Of a DNA stretch of 34,828 nt, positions 34,289-34,828 are shown piece by piece. Below the pieces are notes generated by a model. That model was not told the DNA's origin. It searched no databases and was given only the letters and a program-made list of their open reading frames with translations. The position numbers were made by a program, and so were the translations under genes. This DNA comes from an uncultured Erysipelotrichaceae bacterium (GTDB taxonomy: Bacteria > Bacillota_I > Bacilli_A > RF39 > UBA660). The DNA is taken from the NCBI GenBank assembly GCA_902766875.1, contig CACXFI010000072.1, positions 1 through 34,828 on the forward strand, given 5' to 3'. Position 1 is the stretch's first letter. Each line of letters begins with the position of its first letter.

Positions 34289-34828
34289 TTAATCACCTAA
34301 GTCTTTTTCCATTTCTTTTTTATAATCTTCTAAATATTTAATGTAAGTATATTTAGGCTCATAGCCTAATTCTTTTTTAGCATTATCAATATCCATTACA
34401 AAATCATCACAATCTCTTTTTTCTGGTTTATATATAATCTTAGATGGATTATCTTTAGGTGAGAAAACTTTAATTATTCCCTCTATCTGTTCTTTCATAG
34501 TTGTCTTTATACCTGTTCCTGCATTATATATTCCACTTTTAACTTCAGTAAATATAGATTTATAAATCATCTGACATAAATCTTTTATGTATACAACATC
34601 TTTCCCAAGGTCTGGATTTCCCCATAATTCAATATCTTCACCTTTAATAGCTCTATCAATCATATAACGATATGATATAAGTTTTTTTTCTCCATTAACA
34701 TAATAATATTTAACAGGTGAATATAAATATATATTTGGTAATCTAAAAATATAATTATTAATTCCATATTCTTGATGATAGTGTTCTATTAAATCAACAG
34801 CAGCACATTTTGTAATAGCATATATAGC
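34289..34828 (-). CDS. Extended SDR (NAD-dependent epimerase/dehydratase/4-reductase family), 3' part; 5' end lies beyond the right window edge
   Basis: The track ORF starts at 34663, but the frame stays open to 34828. The upstream codons read AIYAITKCAAVDLIEHYHQEYGINNYIFRLPNIYLYSP..., which contains the catalytic YxxxK (YAITK). Confidence 0.75.
   Translation of the reverse strand, partial: AIYAITKCAAVDLIEHYHQEYGINNYIFRLPNIYLYSPVKYYYVNGEKKLISYRYMIDRAIKGEDIELWGNPDLGKDVVYIKDLCQMIYKSIFTEVKSGIYNAGTGIKTTMKEQIEGIIKVFSPKDNPSKIIYKPEKRDCDDFVMDIDNAKKELGYEPKYTYIKYLEDYKKEMEKDLGD

Noticed and set aside
1-34828. Mollicutes-type genetic code (TGA = Trp), suggested by the extreme AT content
   Set aside because: TGA terminates several well-defined genes at conserved C-termini (DUF192 at 5909..5911, the 720-aa protein at 15676..15678, Alg14-like at 24161..24163). 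Trp residues in conserved motifs are TGG, and a PBP and wall-polymer genes indicate a walled organism.
1-34828. CRISPR arrays, tRNA/rRNA genes, IS elements, integrases and prophage genes
   Set aside because: No spaced repeat array, no GC-rich structured RNA-like segment, and no transposase or integrase motifs were seen. Intergenic space is minimal apart from 3720..3968.

Overview
Very AT-rich (about a quarter G+C by eye) chromosome segment of the monoderm, Bacillota type. It uses the standard genetic code: TGA is a stop and Trp is TGG, and most genes have GGAGG-like Shine-Dalgarno sites. The left 6.8 kb is housekeeping: the 5' part of rpmG, a class B PBP, nfo, and DUF192-gpsA. A translationally coupled pair of PD-(D/E)XK-superfamily genes (a YhcG/DUF1016 nuclease and a short degenerate Rpn-like ORF) sits between nfo and DUF192-gpsA. 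From 6841 to the right edge (28 kb) there are 27 tightly packed, co-directional minus-strand genes forming a large cell-envelope glycopolymer locus. It encodes a TagO/WecA initiating transferase, GalE, RmlA/RmlB, an IspD-like cytidylyltransferase with an adjacent SDR, and a LicD phosphotransferase. It also encodes about 11 cytoplasmic glycosyltransferase units, a Wzx flippase, an O-acyltransferase and a NodB deacetylase. Four polyprenyl-phosphate sugar synthase-type GT2 genes are present: three of the GtrB/ArnC type and one GacI type with a DUF2304 partner. Three large polytopic membrane proteins (572, 626 and 720 aa) match no family I can name; one is fused to a GtrA domain. Three intrinsic terminators and several sigma-70-like promoters split the locus into sub-operons. 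I saw no tRNA, rRNA, CRISPR array, IS element or prophage genes. The best candidates for something undescribed are (i) the multi-branch lipid-carrier glycosylation machinery (GacIJKL/WpsAB-like module, GtrA-polytopic fusion, ArnC/E/F-like trio in a monoderm, orphan GT-C-like proteins) and (ii) the coupled PD-(D/E)XK gene pair. All functional calls come from reading motifs by eye; no database search was run.
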